From positions 1,020 through 65,019 of the forward strand of contig CAYJVT010000002.1 of assembly GCA_964373695.1 (NCBI GenBank): 64,000 bases of DNA, written 5' to 3'. The DNA is from an uncultured archaeon. GTDB lineage: Archaea > Aenigmatarchaeota > Aenigmatarchaeia > GW2011-AR5. A program made the position numbers and the translations under genes. How positions within the stretch are numbered: the first letter of the stretch is position 1; every line of letters starts with the position of its first letter. The notes beneath the pieces were generated by a model. It ran no database searches and was not told where the DNA came from. It saw nothing but the letters and a program-made list of their open reading frames with translations. This document shows positions 27,422 to 38,159 of the stretch, in pieces.

Positions 27422-28300
27422 ATGCTTATTCACAAAGTCGAAAACATCCTGGACAGGAACGGCTACGACTACTGCGAGTACAGGGGATGTTTCGACATAG
27501 CGGCAAGAAAGAAGGGCATGCTTTTACTGAAGGTCTTGAGTAATATAGACTCCTTCCAGGAAATCCAGGCCAAGAACCTCAAGATACTGACGAGAGAAAT
27601 AGACGCCGGCGCAATGATAGTCGGCTCAACCACCAGAAGGGAGGTTCTTTCCGACAATATAGTATATGAGAGATTCGAAATACCGGCGATAAGCATAACG
27701 ACATTTGAAAGCTTTGTAGAAAACGAAGCCCCGGTTTTATACAGAAGAAGGGGCGGGCTTTTCGTCGACATAAATCCGGAGACGATGAGAAAAAGAAGGC
27801 ATGAGAGCGGCATGACCCAGGAAGTCCTGGCTTCCAGAATGGACGTCACAAAAAAAAGCGTATACGAGCACGAAAGGTCCATGATGAAGATGTCCTACGA
27901 GAGCGCCGTGCGGATGGAGGGCATCCTCGGGAAAGGCATAATAGAAAAGGCCAAAATTACCGTAAAAAGCGCCGGCGAGAGAAACTATCCTGAAAGCAGG
28001 TTCGAGTCTTTCGTGTCCAAAAACCTCGAAAAGAAAGGATTCAGGACAGGAATAATAAGGCGGTCGCCTGTCAACATCGTGGCCGAGGAAGGAAAATTCT
28101 CCATAATATCCGAGGCCGACGAGGTCCCTGAGAGAATAGAAAAAAATGCGGCTTCGCTGAAAAAATTCTCCGAGCTTTCGGGCAAGCCGGTGATAGCCAT
28201 AAGCAAAACCGAGATGGAAACAGACATACCTTCAATCGACAAGAAGTCCCTTGCAAGCATGGACGCCAGGGAATTGAAGAGATTTATAAGGAAATGGTAG
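27422..28300 (+). CDS. Archaeal HTH (XRE-type) transcriptional regulator, COG1395-like
   Basis: Central helix-turn-helix MTQEVLASRMDVTKKSVYEHERS. About 290 aa, as in archaeal COG1395 proteins. Confidence 0.6.
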   Translation: MLIHKVENILDRNGYDYCEYRGCFDIAARKKGMLLLKVLSNIDSFQEIQAKNLKILTREIDAGAMIVGSTTRREVLSDNIVYERFEIPAISITTFESFVENEAPVLYRRRGGLFVDINPETMRKRRHESGMTQEVLASRMDVTKKSVYEHERSMMKMSYESAVRMEGILGKGIIEKAKITVKSAGERNYPESRFESFVSKNLEKKGFRTGIIRRSPVNIVAEEGKFSIISEADEVPERIEKNAASLKKFSELSGKPVIAISKTEMETDIPSIDKKSLASMDARELKRFIRKW

Positions 28301-28416
28301 CTTTTCTACTCAAAATCGAAGGCTTTTTAAAGACTTATATTGTATACTTTCATGCACATATAAACCATGTGTATATTTGACCGCTAAAATGCGGTATATT
28401 CGGAGGTAGATTAAAT

Positions 28417-30063
28417 ATGCAAGGACTAAGTGGACAACCTATTTTCATTCTCCCTGAGGGAACTCTCAGGAATACCGGAAGGGATGCGCAATCGCGCAAC
28501 ATAGCTGCGGCCAAAGTAGTCGCTGAAAGCATCAGGACAACGCTGGGCCCGAAGGGTATGGACAAGATGCTGGTGGACAGCATAGGCGATGTCACCATAA
28601 CAAATGACGGAGCCACGATTCTCGGAGAGATGGACATAGAGCATCCTGCCGCAAAGATGATAGTTGAAGTGTCCAAGACCCAGGAGGACGAGGTGGGGGA
28701 CGGAACCACAACGGCCGTTGTCATAACAGGGGAGCTCCTGAAGAAGGCCGAGAACCTGATAGAAGAGGGGATACACCCTACCATGATAATAAGAGGCTTC
28801 AGGATGGCGAAAAACAAGGCGCTTGATGTCCTGAACGCATATGCAGACAACATAACACTGGACAACACAAAAGAGCTCGAGAAAATAGCAATGACGGCCA
28901 TGACAGGAAAGGGAGGCGAATCCGCAAAGGAAAGCCTCGCAAAAATCGCCGTTGACGCAGTGAAAATTGTCGCGGAAAAAATTGGCGGGAAGGTCGTCAT
29001 AGAAAAGGAAAACATAAAAATAGAGAAAAAGCAGGGCGGCAGCATCGAGGATGCGGAACTTATAAGGGGCATAGTCATAGACAAGGAAGTAGTTCATCCA
29101 AACATGCCTAAAACCGTGAAGAACGCCAAGATAGCCCTTATTGACTGCGCTCTGGAGGTCAAGGACACGGAAACCAATGCGGAGATAAGAATAACATCTC
29201 CCGACCAGCTCCAGGCGTTCCTGGACCAGGAGTCCAAGATGCTTAAGGACATGGTCAAGAAAATCGTGGCAAGCGGGTGCAATGTCGTTCTGTGCCAGAA
29301 AGGCATAGATGACCTTGCACAGCATTACCTCGCGAAAGAGGGCATCATGGCCGCGAGGCGCGTGAAGAAGAGCGACATGGAAAAGCTCGCAAGGGCTACG
29401 GGAGGCAAGATAGTCTCCAGCGTAGACGAAGTGTCCAAGGACGACTTCGGCTTCGCCGGAATCGTCGAGGAGAAGAAGATGGCAGGAGAACAGATGATTT
29501 TCGTAAGAGAATGCAAGGATCCGAAGGCAGTCTCCATACTCGTGCGCGGCGGCACGGAGCATGTCGTTGAAGAGGTAAAGAGGGCAATGGACGACGCAGT
29601 CCTCGGAATATCGGCGGCAGTGGAAGTAGGCAAGGTGGTTCCAGGCGGCGGCGCCACTGAAATAGAGGTTTCGCGCCTGCTAAAGGAATATGCCGAGACT
29701 GTCGGAGGCAGGGAACAGCTCGCAATAACCGCCTTTGCAGAAGCGGTGGAAATCATACCAAGGACCCTGGCCGAAAGCACCGGGAAGGACCCGATAGACA
29801 TACTGGTCGCGCTCAGGATGGAGCACGAGAAAGGCATGAAAAACCGCGGTGTTGACGTGTTCAACGGCGGTACCATGGACATGAAGGAGGCCGGCGTCAT
29901 AGAGCCTCTGAAGATAAAGACACAGGCACTGAAGTCGGCGTCGGAAGCGACCGAGATGATACTCAGGATAGACGACGTCATAACGGCGAAGTCCGGCGGA
30001 GGCGGAATGCCACCGGGCGGGCCGCCTGGCGGCGGAATGGGTGACATGGGCGACATGGATTAA
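28417..30063 (+). CDS. ths: Thermosome subunit (group II chaperonin)
   Basis: 548 aa. [25 protein letters not shown] and GGGATE motifs. C-terminal GGM-rich tail [20 protein letters not shown]. Confidence 0.95.
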   Translation: MQGLSGQPIFILPEGTLRNTGRDAQSRNIAAAKVVAESIRTTLGPKGMDKMLVDSIGDVTITNDGATILGEMDIEHPAAKMIVEVSKTQEDEVGDGTTTAVVITGELLKKAENLIEEGIHPTMIIRGFRMAKNKALDVLNAYADNITLDNTKELEKIAMTAMTGKGGESAKESLAKIAVDAVKIVAEKIGGKVVIEKENIKIEKKQGGSIEDAELIRGIVIDKEVVHPNMPKTVKNAKIALIDCALEVKDTETNAEIRITSPDQLQAFLDQESKMLKDMVKKIVASGCNVVLCQKGIDDLAQHYLAKEGIMAARRVKKSDMEKLARATGGKIVSSVDEVSKDDFGFAGIVEEKKMAGEQMIFVRECKDPKAVSILVRGGTEHVVEEVKRAMDDAVLGISAAVEVGKVVPGGGATEIEVSRLLKEYAETVGGREQLAITAFAEAVEIIPRTLAESTGKDPIDILVALRMEHEKGMKNRGVDVFNGGTMDMKEAGVIEPLKIKTQALKSASEATEMILRIDDVITAKSGGGGMPPGGPPGGGMGDMGDMD

Positions 30064-30170
30064 GCCCACAATTTTATTTTTTATATCCAAAATCCTTTTC
30101 TTCTGACAATTCACTCTCATCCAAAAGAGTTCAATAAAACTTTTTATACCGCCTCTTACAGATATTTATC

Positions 30171-30593
30171 ATGCACGAGGAAGAATACGAACTCATACCG
30201 CTCAGCCCTATACGCAAGCTTGAGAAAAGGCTCGACAAGATGGAGAAGGGCGGCGCCGGCGGCGATATGATGAAAGAACTCGTGGATGTGGTCAAAACAA
30301 ATCAGGCGATAGTGGAGGACATTGTAAAAGTTAATTCCGAGATGATGGCCAAGGTTTCGGAACTTTCTAACAACATCACGCAATTGACATCGAGGCTGAA
30401 CGATTTTATGAACAAGATAGAAGTCGTCAGCGAAGAGCCGGAGCAGAAACCTGCCGATGACGAGATGGGGAGGAAGCTGGAGAAGATAGAAAAACGCCTG
30501 AATGCAATAGCACTCTCCAATATCGCCAAGATGCGAATGCAAAAACCTGTAGAGAGAAGGCCTGTGCCGAGCATGGCAAGGCCCGGTATGTGA
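30171..30593 (+). CDS. Hypothetical coiled-coil protein upstream of pilus locus
   Basis: 140 aa, strongly helical and charged. Function unknown. Confidence 0.5.
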   Translation: MHEEEYELIPLSPIRKLEKRLDKMEKGGAGGDMMKELVDVVKTNQAIVEDIVKVNSEMMAKVSELSNNITQLTSRLNDFMNKIEVVSEEPEQKPADDEMGRKLEKIEKRLNAIALSNIAKMRMQKPVERRPVPSMARPGM

Positions 30594-30631
30594 AAACAAA
30601 TTTTTATACTGCCAGTCACCATAATTGTCTT

Positions 30632-31222
30632 ATGAAAGGCCAAACCCAGGTTATATCTCTCGTTCTTATATCCGGAATACTGATAGGCGTCGTGAGTTCC
30701 GTATACTTCTGGGGACTGCCTCTCATACAAAAGAACCAGGATATATCAATATTACAGAACTCCGAACAGTTCATGAAGGCGCTTAACGATAAGATAAAGA
30801 ACGTCGCAAACAACGGAGGGAGGGACAAGCTCACCATAACAGTTTCCGGGATATTCAGGTTCGACCCGGCCGATTCCGGCTTGTTCTCGTATTCAGTAGA
30901 AACCGACGGGACTATATACGCGACGAATGCCGAGATACCGCTTTCCAGAAATCTCTGCAGCGCCCAGAACGGCGAGTGGGGAAAGAAAGACTCAGAGGTC
31001 CTCTGCGTGAAAAGCATAGGAGATGCCAGATACACCACCACGTATACGCTGAGGTACATAAGGCTTGATTCTGGCTCCAGATCGTTCAGAATAAGGCTGG
31101 ATGGTGAAAGGGCGGCGGCCGGCGAAACGCACGACGTGATTATTGAGAACGTTGGAGCCGAGGAAACCAGCGAAGACGGGAGAAACGTCGTGAACACGCT
31201 CATTCAGGTCAGAATCGTCTGA
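30632..31222 (+). CDS. Archaeal type-IV pilin-like protein (class III signal peptide)
   Basis: MKGQTQVISLVLISGILIGVV prepilin-type leader (K-G-Q then a hydrophobic helix). Confidence 0.65.
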   Translation: MKGQTQVISLVLISGILIGVVSSVYFWGLPLIQKNQDISILQNSEQFMKALNDKIKNVANNGGRDKLTITVSGIFRFDPADSGLFSYSVETDGTIYATNAEIPLSRNLCSAQNGEWGKKDSEVLCVKSIGDARYTTTYTLRYIRLDSGSRSFRIRLDGERAAAGETHDVIIENVGAEETSEDGRNVVNTLIQVRIV

Positions 31223-31254
31223 GATATTAATCCAGAAAACGACAAGTTATTACA

Positions 31255-31695
31255 ATGAAGGGCCAGAACCAAATAATAAATGAAGTGCTTCTTTTTGCCA
31301 TAGGAATGTCAATAGCGGCCGCTGTCATAATAAACTTCCAGACGGTCCAGAGAACGTCAAGCGAAACGACAATATACAGCAACTTTGAAAACGTTGCCAA
31401 CACCGTGATAAACGGGATAACCGAGGTCATAAAAAGCGAAAGGGGCAAAGTCGTGGTCGCCATACCAGACACCATAGCCTCGATCCAGTACAAGATAAAG
31501 GTATCGTCCGACTACCTAATAATATCCAGCATAAATGACCCGAAAATTAATATCACGAAGAGGCTATTTAATATATCCAGCAGCCATATTATACAGGGCG
31601 AGGTTCCCAGCGCTTCAAGATACATCGAAATAACGTACGAAACTACGCCATTCACCAAGCTCGTGAGGATAAAAAGGGCGGAAAAATATGTCTAA
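31255..31695 (+). CDS. Archaeal type-IV pilin-like protein
   Basis: MKGQNQIINEVLLFAIGMSIAAAVI class III leader. Confidence 0.65.
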   Translation: MKGQNQIINEVLLFAIGMSIAAAVIINFQTVQRTSSETTIYSNFENVANTVINGITEVIKSERGKVVVAIPDTIASIQYKIKVSSDYLIISSINDPKINITKRLFNISSSHIIQGEVPSASRYIEITYETTPFTKLVRIKRAEKYV

Positions 31696-33670
31696 GACAA
31701 TAACCATAAACGGCAGGAAAGTCAGACTGAATGGCCGCCAAGACAGCAGCTACGGCATGAAGGTTTCTGGCCACAAAGTTGTCATAAAACATAGAATAGA
31801 GAAAGGTCATGAAGAAATAGAAGAACTGAAAAATAAGATAAAGACCCTAGAGAAAAAGATAGAGGAAAAGAACAGAAGATTACCGGTAAGGATAGAGTTG
31901 AGGAAAGAGGAACAGAAGAACGAAATTTCCCCGGACGAAATAAGGAATCTCATAAAAGAAGAACTCTCGTACATGTCGCCGAAGGAGCAGCCCGTTCTAG
32001 CACAGAAAAGGAAAATACGCGTCAGGCTGGCCGGCATGATGCCGTCGGTGACTCCGGCCTCGTCAGCACAAATATCCGGAAAAATATCAGTGGAAACTCC
32101 GTCTACCAGAACAGAAACCGTCGAAGGTATAGAAATACCAGACATCGTCTCAGAAAGATACGACACCGACGAGGCATTCGACCCATCATCCGTGTCCATG
32201 AAATATCCGCTTATCCCGAAGAACCCGAAACAGGGGGGAAGGGTCTATTCCTACGCCGAGATATTCTTCGACAAGATGTCCGGGGAGATGATATACAAAC
32301 TCCACGAGCCGGAGCTCAATGACGGGACTAAAATTTTCCTGAACGATATAAAGGACTACATACAGGAAAAGATAGACGTGAATTTCGGCCATATAAAGAA
32401 GGAAGACGCAGTCGGATATATGATGAATGTCTTTGACAAGGCCATCCGGTTCCTCAGAATAAAGACCGACGAAAGGACGCTGGACGACATAAGATACTAT
32501 ATTGTAAGGGATTTCATAGGACTTGAGAAGATAGAACCCCTTCTCCAGGACTCGCAGATAGAGGACATCTCATGCGACGGCATAGGCATACCTATATTCG
32601 TGTACCATAGGAACAGCAAAATAGGCTCCATAAAAACCAACATCAAGTTTGACGACATGGAATCTCTGGACTCCTTCATCAACAAACTGGCCGAAAGGTG
32701 CGGCAAATCAGTCTCCGTGGCAAAGCCCCTGCTTGACGGATCGCTCCCTGACGGGAGCAGAATCCAGGCCACGCTTGGAAGCGATATCGCCAGGCATGGA
32801 AGCAATTTCACCATAAGGATGTTCACTGAAAAGCCGATAACCCCGATAGACATCATAAAAACCGGGATGTGCGACCCCAAAATCATGGCAGCCATGTGGT
32901 TTGCAGTGGAATACCAATCGTCCATCCTCGTATCCGGCGGGACTGCCACTGGAAAGACCTCCCTCCTGAACGCATTCTCGCTTTTCATAAAACCCCAGAT
33001 GAAAATAGTCAGCATAGAAGACACGGCTGAACTGAGGCTTCCACATTCCCACTGGGTGCCGGAAGTCGCAAGGGTATCCATATCTTCCGGCAGGGAGGTC
33101 GACATGTTCGAGCTCCTCAAGGAATCGCTAAGGCAGAGGCCTGACTACATAATAGTAGGCGAGGTCAGGGGAAAGGAAGCCTACGTCCTTTTCCAGCAAA
33201 TGGCCACGGGACATGCGGGCTTCTCGACAATACACGCGGACAACTTCCAGAAACTTGTGGACAGGCTGACAACGCCCCCGATAGAGCTGCCCCCGAATCT
33301 CCTCGAGAATCTGGACTTCGTGGTGTTCATAAGCAGGTTCAAGCACGGCAACAAATACAAGAGGAGAATCAGCTCAATAACAGAGATCACCGGAATAGAC
33401 AATATCAAGAAAGCGCCTATCGTAAACGAAATCGTAAAATGGAACCCCAGAAACGACCTGTTTGATATAAAAAGCGGTAGCACCGTTCTCAAGAAAATAT
33501 CCGAGAGGTCCAATATGACACCGAAGGATGTGCAGGAAGAAATAAGGAGAAGGGCGCAGATACTCGAATGGATGGCAAAAAAGAACATAAATGATTACAG
33601 GAAAGTATCATCCATCATAAACCTGTACTATCTTTCCCCCGAATTCGTTATGAAGAAAATGGGTGTCTGA
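31688..33670 (+). CDS. Type-IV pilus/archaellum assembly ATPase (FlaI/ArlI–TadA/VirB11 family) with long N-terminal extension
   Basis: Walker A GGTATGKTS; Walker B/Asp box DYIIVGEVRG; His box ATGHAGFSTIHAD. The ~120-aa coiled-coil/charged N-terminus is not found in canonical FlaI. Confidence 0.9.
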   Translation: MSKTITINGRKVRLNGRQDSSYGMKVSGHKVVIKHRIEKGHEEIEELKNKIKTLEKKIEEKNRRLPVRIELRKEEQKNEISPDEIRNLIKEELSYMSPKEQPVLAQKRKIRVRLAGMMPSVTPASSAQISGKISVETPSTRTETVEGIEIPDIVSERYDTDEAFDPSSVSMKYPLIPKNPKQGGRVYSYAEIFFDKMSGEMIYKLHEPELNDGTKIFLNDIKDYIQEKIDVNFGHIKKEDAVGYMMNVFDKAIRFLRIKTDERTLDDIRYYIVRDFIGLEKIEPLLQDSQIEDISCDGIGIPIFVYHRNSKIGSIKTNIKFDDMESLDSFINKLAERCGKSVSVAKPLLDGSLPDGSRIQATLGSDIARHGSNFTIRMFTEKPITPIDIIKTGMCDPKIMAAMWFAVEYQSSILVSGGTATGKTSLLNAFSLFIKPQMKIVSIEDTAELRLPHSHWVPEVARVSISSGREVDMFELLKESLRQRPDYIIVGEVRGKEAYVLFQQMATGHAGFSTIHADNFQKLVDRLTTPPIELPPNLLENLDFVVFISRFKHGNKYKRRISSITEITGIDNIKKAPIVNEIVKWNPRNDLFDIKSGSTVLKKISERSNMTPKDVQEEIRRRAQILEWMAKKNINDYRKVSSIINLYYLSPEFVMKKMGV

Positions 33671-34529
33671 AATGTTCTATTTTGAAATAGCCGGGAAAAT
33701 GTTCGGAGAAACGTCAAAGAAACTGAAGCCGTATTTTCTAGACCTCAGGGACGACCTGCAGAGGGCCGGCATAATGTACACAGTGGAAGAATACATATCA
33801 ACAGCTATTTTTGTGTTCTTTATGACGTTCTTCTTCGAGGCCATCTTCCTGTCTTTCATATTCGCAATATTTTTCGATATATTTATAGCTCTCATGCTTG
33901 GATTCATGATGTCAATGGGAATCTCGAGCTTCATCTTCTTCCTTTTCTATTCGTATCCGGCAACAATCTCCAAATCCAAAGAAAAGAGCATAAAGAAATC
34001 CCTGCCTTTCGCAGTATCATATATGTCTTCAATAGCAAGTTCCAAACAAAACCCTGTAATTATGTTCAAATCGATGAGGGAGTTCAAGGAATACGGAGAG
34101 ATAACCAAGCTATGCTCCAATATAGCCAGGGATATAGAATTCTTCGGCCTAACGGTCTCGTCGGCGCTGAAGAAATGGGCCAAAAGGACGCCGTCGAAGG
34201 ACCTGAGGGACCTCCTGTGGAGCATGAACACGATAATGATATCGGGCGGCGACCTGTCGCTTTTCCTCAAGCAGAAGAGCGACGACCTCATGGCAGACTA
34301 CAGGAGGAGGATAAGAAAGTACTCCCAGGATTTGTCTCTGTATGTGGAGATATACCTCACGCTCATAATAACAGGTTCCATTTTCTTCATAGTGCTGTCG
34401 GCCATAATAGCCACCCTTTCCAGCGACTCGTCGACGACCCTCATACAGAGCTTCGTGGTTTTCGGCCTCCTTCCGGCGCTGTCGTCCGGCTTTATAGTGA
34501 TAATAAAATCCATGTCCCCGCTGGAATAA
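33663..34529 (+). CDS. TadB/TadC/FlaJ-like polytopic membrane platform protein (half 1)
   Basis: T2SS-F-like domain with flanking TM helices. Overlaps the ATPase stop. Confidence 0.75.
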   Translation: MSEMFYFEIAGKMFGETSKKLKPYFLDLRDDLQRAGIMYTVEEYISTAIFVFFMTFFFEAIFLSFIFAIFFDIFIALMLGFMMSMGISSFIFFLFYSYPATISKSKEKSIKKSLPFAVSYMSSIASSKQNPVIMFKSMREFKEYGEITKLCSNIARDIEFFGLTVSSALKKWAKRTPSKDLRDLLWSMNTIMISGGDLSLFLKQKSDDLMADYRRRIRKYSQDLSLYVEIYLTLIITGSIFFIVLSAIIATLSSDSSTTLIQSFVVFGLLPALSSGFIVIIKSMSPLE

Positions 34530-34690
34530 CCTATGAACAAAGATAGTTACACTGCCGTCTTTAGATGGCAATTTCCCTATCTTTGTCATCCCAGAAGCCT
34601 CTTTGTGATATTATCCCATAACTAAAGTTATAGAGTTTATAGAGGCTTCTGCGGATAAACACTAAATACTCGGCCCTGGATTATAATTAT

Positions 34691-35629
34691 ATGGACATTC
34701 AGAACAAAATACTTGCCGCGTCTGGCGCCGGCGGAGCCGTCATCATACTGACGGCCATAATCCTGTCGACAAGCGCTGCCATTTCGCTGAACCTTGTTCT
34801 GGCAGCCATACTCGTCCTTCTCATCCCATATAGCATCTTCAAGTTCGTAGAACTGAAAAGGATAAGGGCTTACGAGAACGAATTCCCGACTTTTCTTAGG
34901 GACATCGCGGAATCCCAGAGAGCCGGCCTAAGTATAATAGAAGCATTGAAATCAGCATCCAAGTCCGAATATGGGTCCCTGACAAATGAGATAAGGAAGA
35001 TGAACAACCAGCTCAGCTGGAACATACCTCTGGAAAAGGTCCTGAAGAAATTTTCCCATAACATGAAAAAAAGCGAGACTGTAGTCAGGGCCATAATAAT
35101 AATAGACCAGGCCAACAAATCCGGGGGAAATATAGAGGAGGTCATGGAATCTCTAGCGTCAAATATGGAATCGATACGGGAAGTCCAGCAGGAAAAATCA
35201 CTCCTCCTCAACCAGCAGGTCATAATGATGTACGCCATATTCTTCATTTTCCTGGGTATAACGCTGGCTCTCATAAAATTCCTTATACCCCTCCTCCAGA
35301 CCCAGAGTCAGGTAGGGGGATTTTCCATTCTTGAGAACTTCAATGCCAACCCATGCGGCTTCTGCCTCCAAAGCACGGATGCGGTCTGCATAGGATGCCA
35401 GACATTCTTCACCGTATCAGACGCTTTCGAGCTCGGTAAAAGGGAGGACGCTGCATCGTACTACAAGTCATTATTTCTGACGATGATAATGATACAGGGG
35501 CTTTTCACCGGCCTCATAGCGGGCCAGATATCTAACGACTCCATAGTGGCCGGGTTCAAGCACAGCCTCGTCATGCTGATATCAGGCTTTTCTATATTTA
35601 TGATAATAACCAGGCTGGGGCTCGTATAG
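34691..35629 (+). CDS. TadB/TadC/FlaJ-like membrane platform protein (half 2)
   Basis: Second T2SS-F-like domain (ESQRAGLSIIEAL..., ...GGNIEEVMESLA). Together with the previous gene this reconstitutes a split FlaJ. Confidence 0.75.
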   Translation: MDIQNKILAASGAGGAVIILTAIILSTSAAISLNLVLAAILVLLIPYSIFKFVELKRIRAYENEFPTFLRDIAESQRAGLSIIEALKSASKSEYGSLTNEIRKMNNQLSWNIPLEKVLKKFSHNMKKSETVVRAIIIIDQANKSGGNIEEVMESLASNMESIREVQQEKSLLLNQQVIMMYAIFFIFLGITLALIKFLIPLLQTQSQVGGFSILENFNANPCGFCLQSTDAVCIGCQTFFTVSDAFELGKREDAASYYKSLFLTMIMIQGLFTGLIAGQISNDSIVAGFKHSLVMLISGFSIFMIITRLGLV

Positions 35630-35630
35630 G

Positions 35631-36119
35631 ATGAAAGGCCAGATAAACTTCGAATTTATAATATCCGTCGTCGTATTCATAAGCATAATGAGCTTCATAA
35701 CTCTACAGATAATAAACAGCGTCTCGGCGATGAGGTCCGATCTAGAAGTGGAGGACATGAAATCATCGGCATACCAGATATCAAATCTCGTCATGTTCGA
35801 CAGAGGATGGCCGGACAACTGGAATCCAGACAACGTACAGAGACTTGGTCTGTCATCGGGATTTTATTCGCTCGACGCCTCAAAAGTTGACAGCCTCAAC
35901 CAGATATGCGAATCTGAAGATGGGTACAGAAAATTCCTATCCCTCGTGGGACTTGAGAGATCAAAGGATATATACCTCAACATTTCCATGACATCCGGGG
36001 AAACGGTCGTTCTATGCTCACCCAATGTAGAAAGCCAGATAAGAAACAGGGTAGAGACGGTAAGAACTTCATCGCTGAGCGGGAACATAGTCAAGGTCAT
36101 CATAAGGGTGGTGCAGTGA
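35631..36119 (+). CDS. Archaeal type-IV pilin-like protein
   Basis: MKGQINFEFIISVVVFISIMSFI class III leader. Confidence 0.65.
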   Translation: MKGQINFEFIISVVVFISIMSFITLQIINSVSAMRSDLEVEDMKSSAYQISNLVMFDRGWPDNWNPDNVQRLGLSSGFYSLDASKVDSLNQICESEDGYRKFLSLVGLERSKDIYLNISMTSGETVVLCSPNVESQIRNRVETVRTSSLSGNIVKVIIRVVQ

Positions 36120-37141
36120 AGGGATTTATCAGAATTCTTGAGTCAATAATAGCGTCCATCATAATACTTTCCTCACTGACGTTTTTCTTCACACCTTCAG
36201 TAGAAAAGCTTGGATGGGAAGACAGCTTCATCCATATGGAAATGCATGATTCTGTTGAGAGCATCTACAAATCCGGCAGACTGACCGACTACGTCAGAAG
36301 AAATGACGCTCATGGGCTGAGTTCCGAAATTTCGTCGCTGATGAAAAGAAACATAGACTTCTCGGTGTCAATAAAAGGCGTACCAAACAGCGACATACTG
36401 GTCAGCTGCCTGTGTTCTGATGACGAAGAGATGGTTCTGGAGGACATCCTTGAGCCAAGAGAATTTTCGTACAATGGGAGGTCTATAAGGATCGGTATCG
36501 AAAAGGCCGAGATTTCGCAGAATACCATACTCATGAGGAGAGAAACAAACGTGCTCTTCATCTTCAATTATATGGATATGACGCCTTTCAGGGACCAGCT
36601 GAAGAACTTCCTTGGCTCCGGAGGGGGCATATTCATGATTGCCAACGTCAACGAAAACCAGGTAAATGACGGCTTCATGAACACGACATTCGGCCTCCGT
36701 TGGATGGATTTCGGAGGGGCATCCGGAAACGGCGTCTTCTACGGAAAAGACTCGCCGTCCAATGCTTCATTCAAGATATACAAATATTTTACGAGGCTTA
36801 ACGGGGACGAAGGTTCTATGGACAAGTTCGATAAGGGACCTGAAATAAACAAGATAGGCGTCAATGACAGCACCATCCTGATAGATACAAACGGCAAATA
36901 TTCCCACGCAAAAGCCGAGAGAACTACAGAGCGTGGGAGAGCCGTATGGTTTGCAGACTACGACAGGGGGGATAGAAATACGAGCCTGGCCGTCAAGTCA
37001 TCCATAATGTGGTTGAGCGGGGAATTCTACAGGCTGGATCCAACAGAGAAGAACATACCACAAGTTACTTCAAAGGCCAGCATAGAGGTTTACGACGGAG
37101 ACCCATACGAATTTGGCGTCGAGTACTGGAATATATTCTAG
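36116..37141 (+). CDS. Pilin-like/pilus-associated protein (GTG start inferred)
   Basis: In-frame GTG overlapping the upstream stop gives (M)KGFIRILESIIASIIILSSL, a class-III-like leader, followed by a 320-aa ectodomain. Start codon uncertain. Confidence 0.5.
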   Translation: MKGFIRILESIIASIIILSSLTFFFTPSVEKLGWEDSFIHMEMHDSVESIYKSGRLTDYVRRNDAHGLSSEISSLMKRNIDFSVSIKGVPNSDILVSCLCSDDEEMVLEDILEPREFSYNGRSIRIGIEKAEISQNTILMRRETNVLFIFNYMDMTPFRDQLKNFLGSGGGIFMIANVNENQVNDGFMNTTFGLRWMDFGGASGNGVFYGKDSPSNASFKIYKYFTRLNGDEGSMDKFDKGPEINKIGVNDSTILIDTNGKYSHAKAERTTERGRAVWFADYDRGDRNTSLAVKSSIMWLSGEFYRLDPTEKNIPQVTSKASIEVYDGDPYEFGVEYWNIF

Positions 37142-37213
37142 GCATACGTGAAACAAGTTTATACACGGCCTTCGCTTGCTCCACTATATAAGGATTGCGC
37201 CAAACTTAATCTC

Positions 37214-37828
37214 ATGTTTTGCATCAAGTGCGGCAAGGAAGCGTCGAAGGGTAATTTCTGCAAAACCTGCTTCCTCGGAATGAACAGCCTGTTCGAGATA
37301 GGCAGCGGAATTCTGTACTCGTGCGAGATGTGCAATTCATACCACATAAAAAAATCCAAGACTTCCATCGAAGGCTTCATAACAAGTCTCATAAAAACCA
37401 AGAATACCCTGAAGAGAGTAAGTATATCCGGAAAAGAAGTTGGAAACAGAATTATAGCGGATGTAGTATGCAGCGGCTATATATCAGGCATCCCAAAAAC
37501 CGAACGAAAAAAAACAACCGTCACAATAAAAAGGCACAAATGCGAGGACTGTATAAAGATATCCGGAAACTATCATGAGGCCGTTATCCAGGCGAGGGGG
37601 GAAAGGAGCGACAGTATCCTCAAGAAAGTAAGCTCTATGGCTGAGCCCCAGATCATAGCAAACATCTCCAGGGCCTCCACAGGATACGACATAAGAATCA
37701 CCAGCAAGAAGAAGACATCGAAGATAATCCAGGCCCTCATGAAAAAATTTGACGTAAAAGCTTCCTACAAGCTGGTTGGTGAAAAGAAGAGTATAAAGCT
37801 TTACAGGAACTATTATGCTGTGAGATGA
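37214..37828 (+). CDS. NMD3-family zinc-ribbon protein (ribosomal-subunit export/assembly-factor homolog)
   Basis: Start at MFCIKCGKE. CxxC-x9-CxxC ... CEMC and later CEDC zinc clusters with about 205 aa, as in archaeal Nmd3-like proteins. Confidence 0.55.
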   Translation: MFCIKCGKEASKGNFCKTCFLGMNSLFEIGSGILYSCEMCNSYHIKKSKTSIEGFITSLIKTKNTLKRVSISGKEVGNRIIADVVCSGYISGIPKTERKKTTVTIKRHKCEDCIKISGNYHEAVIQARGERSDSILKKVSSMAEPQIIANISRASTGYDIRITSKKKTSKIIQALMKKFDVKASYKLVGEKKSIKLYRNYYAVR

Positions 37829-38118
37829 TTTGGATGGAGCAGGAAGATATAAGAGTAAGGAGACCGGGGAGGGGAGAGGTTATGGGAAGGGTTGAAACCC
37901 TCATGGGCTCGAACAAGCTCAAGGTAATGTGTCAGGACAACAAAATAAGACTGTGCAGAATACCCGGCAAAATGAGAAAACGCATATGGATGAGGGAAGG
38001 TGACGCGGTCCTGGTGAAAATATGGGAGATACAGGGCGACACTCACGGAGACATCGTATACAAGTACAACCCGACACAGGCCGGGTGGCTGAGGCGAAAA
38101 GGAATACTTCTGATATAA
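37825..38118 (+). CDS. eif1a: Translation initiation factor 1A (aIF1A)
   Basis: S1-like OB-fold core GEVMGRVETLMGSNKLKVMCQDNKIRLCRIPGKMRKRIWMREGDAVLV. Confidence 0.85.
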   Translation: MIWMEQEDIRVRRPGRGEVMGRVETLMGSNKLKVMCQDNKIRLCRIPGKMRKRIWMREGDAVLVKIWEIQGDTHGDIVYKYNPTQAGWLRRKGILLI

Positions 38119-38159
38119 TCATGTATGACTTAAAAGCATGGTGTTCATACTCTTTGCAG

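Noticed and set aside
28426-29562. 378-aa minus-strand ORF
   Set aside because: Entirely antisense to the thermosome gene, which is unambiguous. Other long antisense ORFs (15078–15914, 29325–30056, 56988–57866, 60095–60886) rejected for the same reason.
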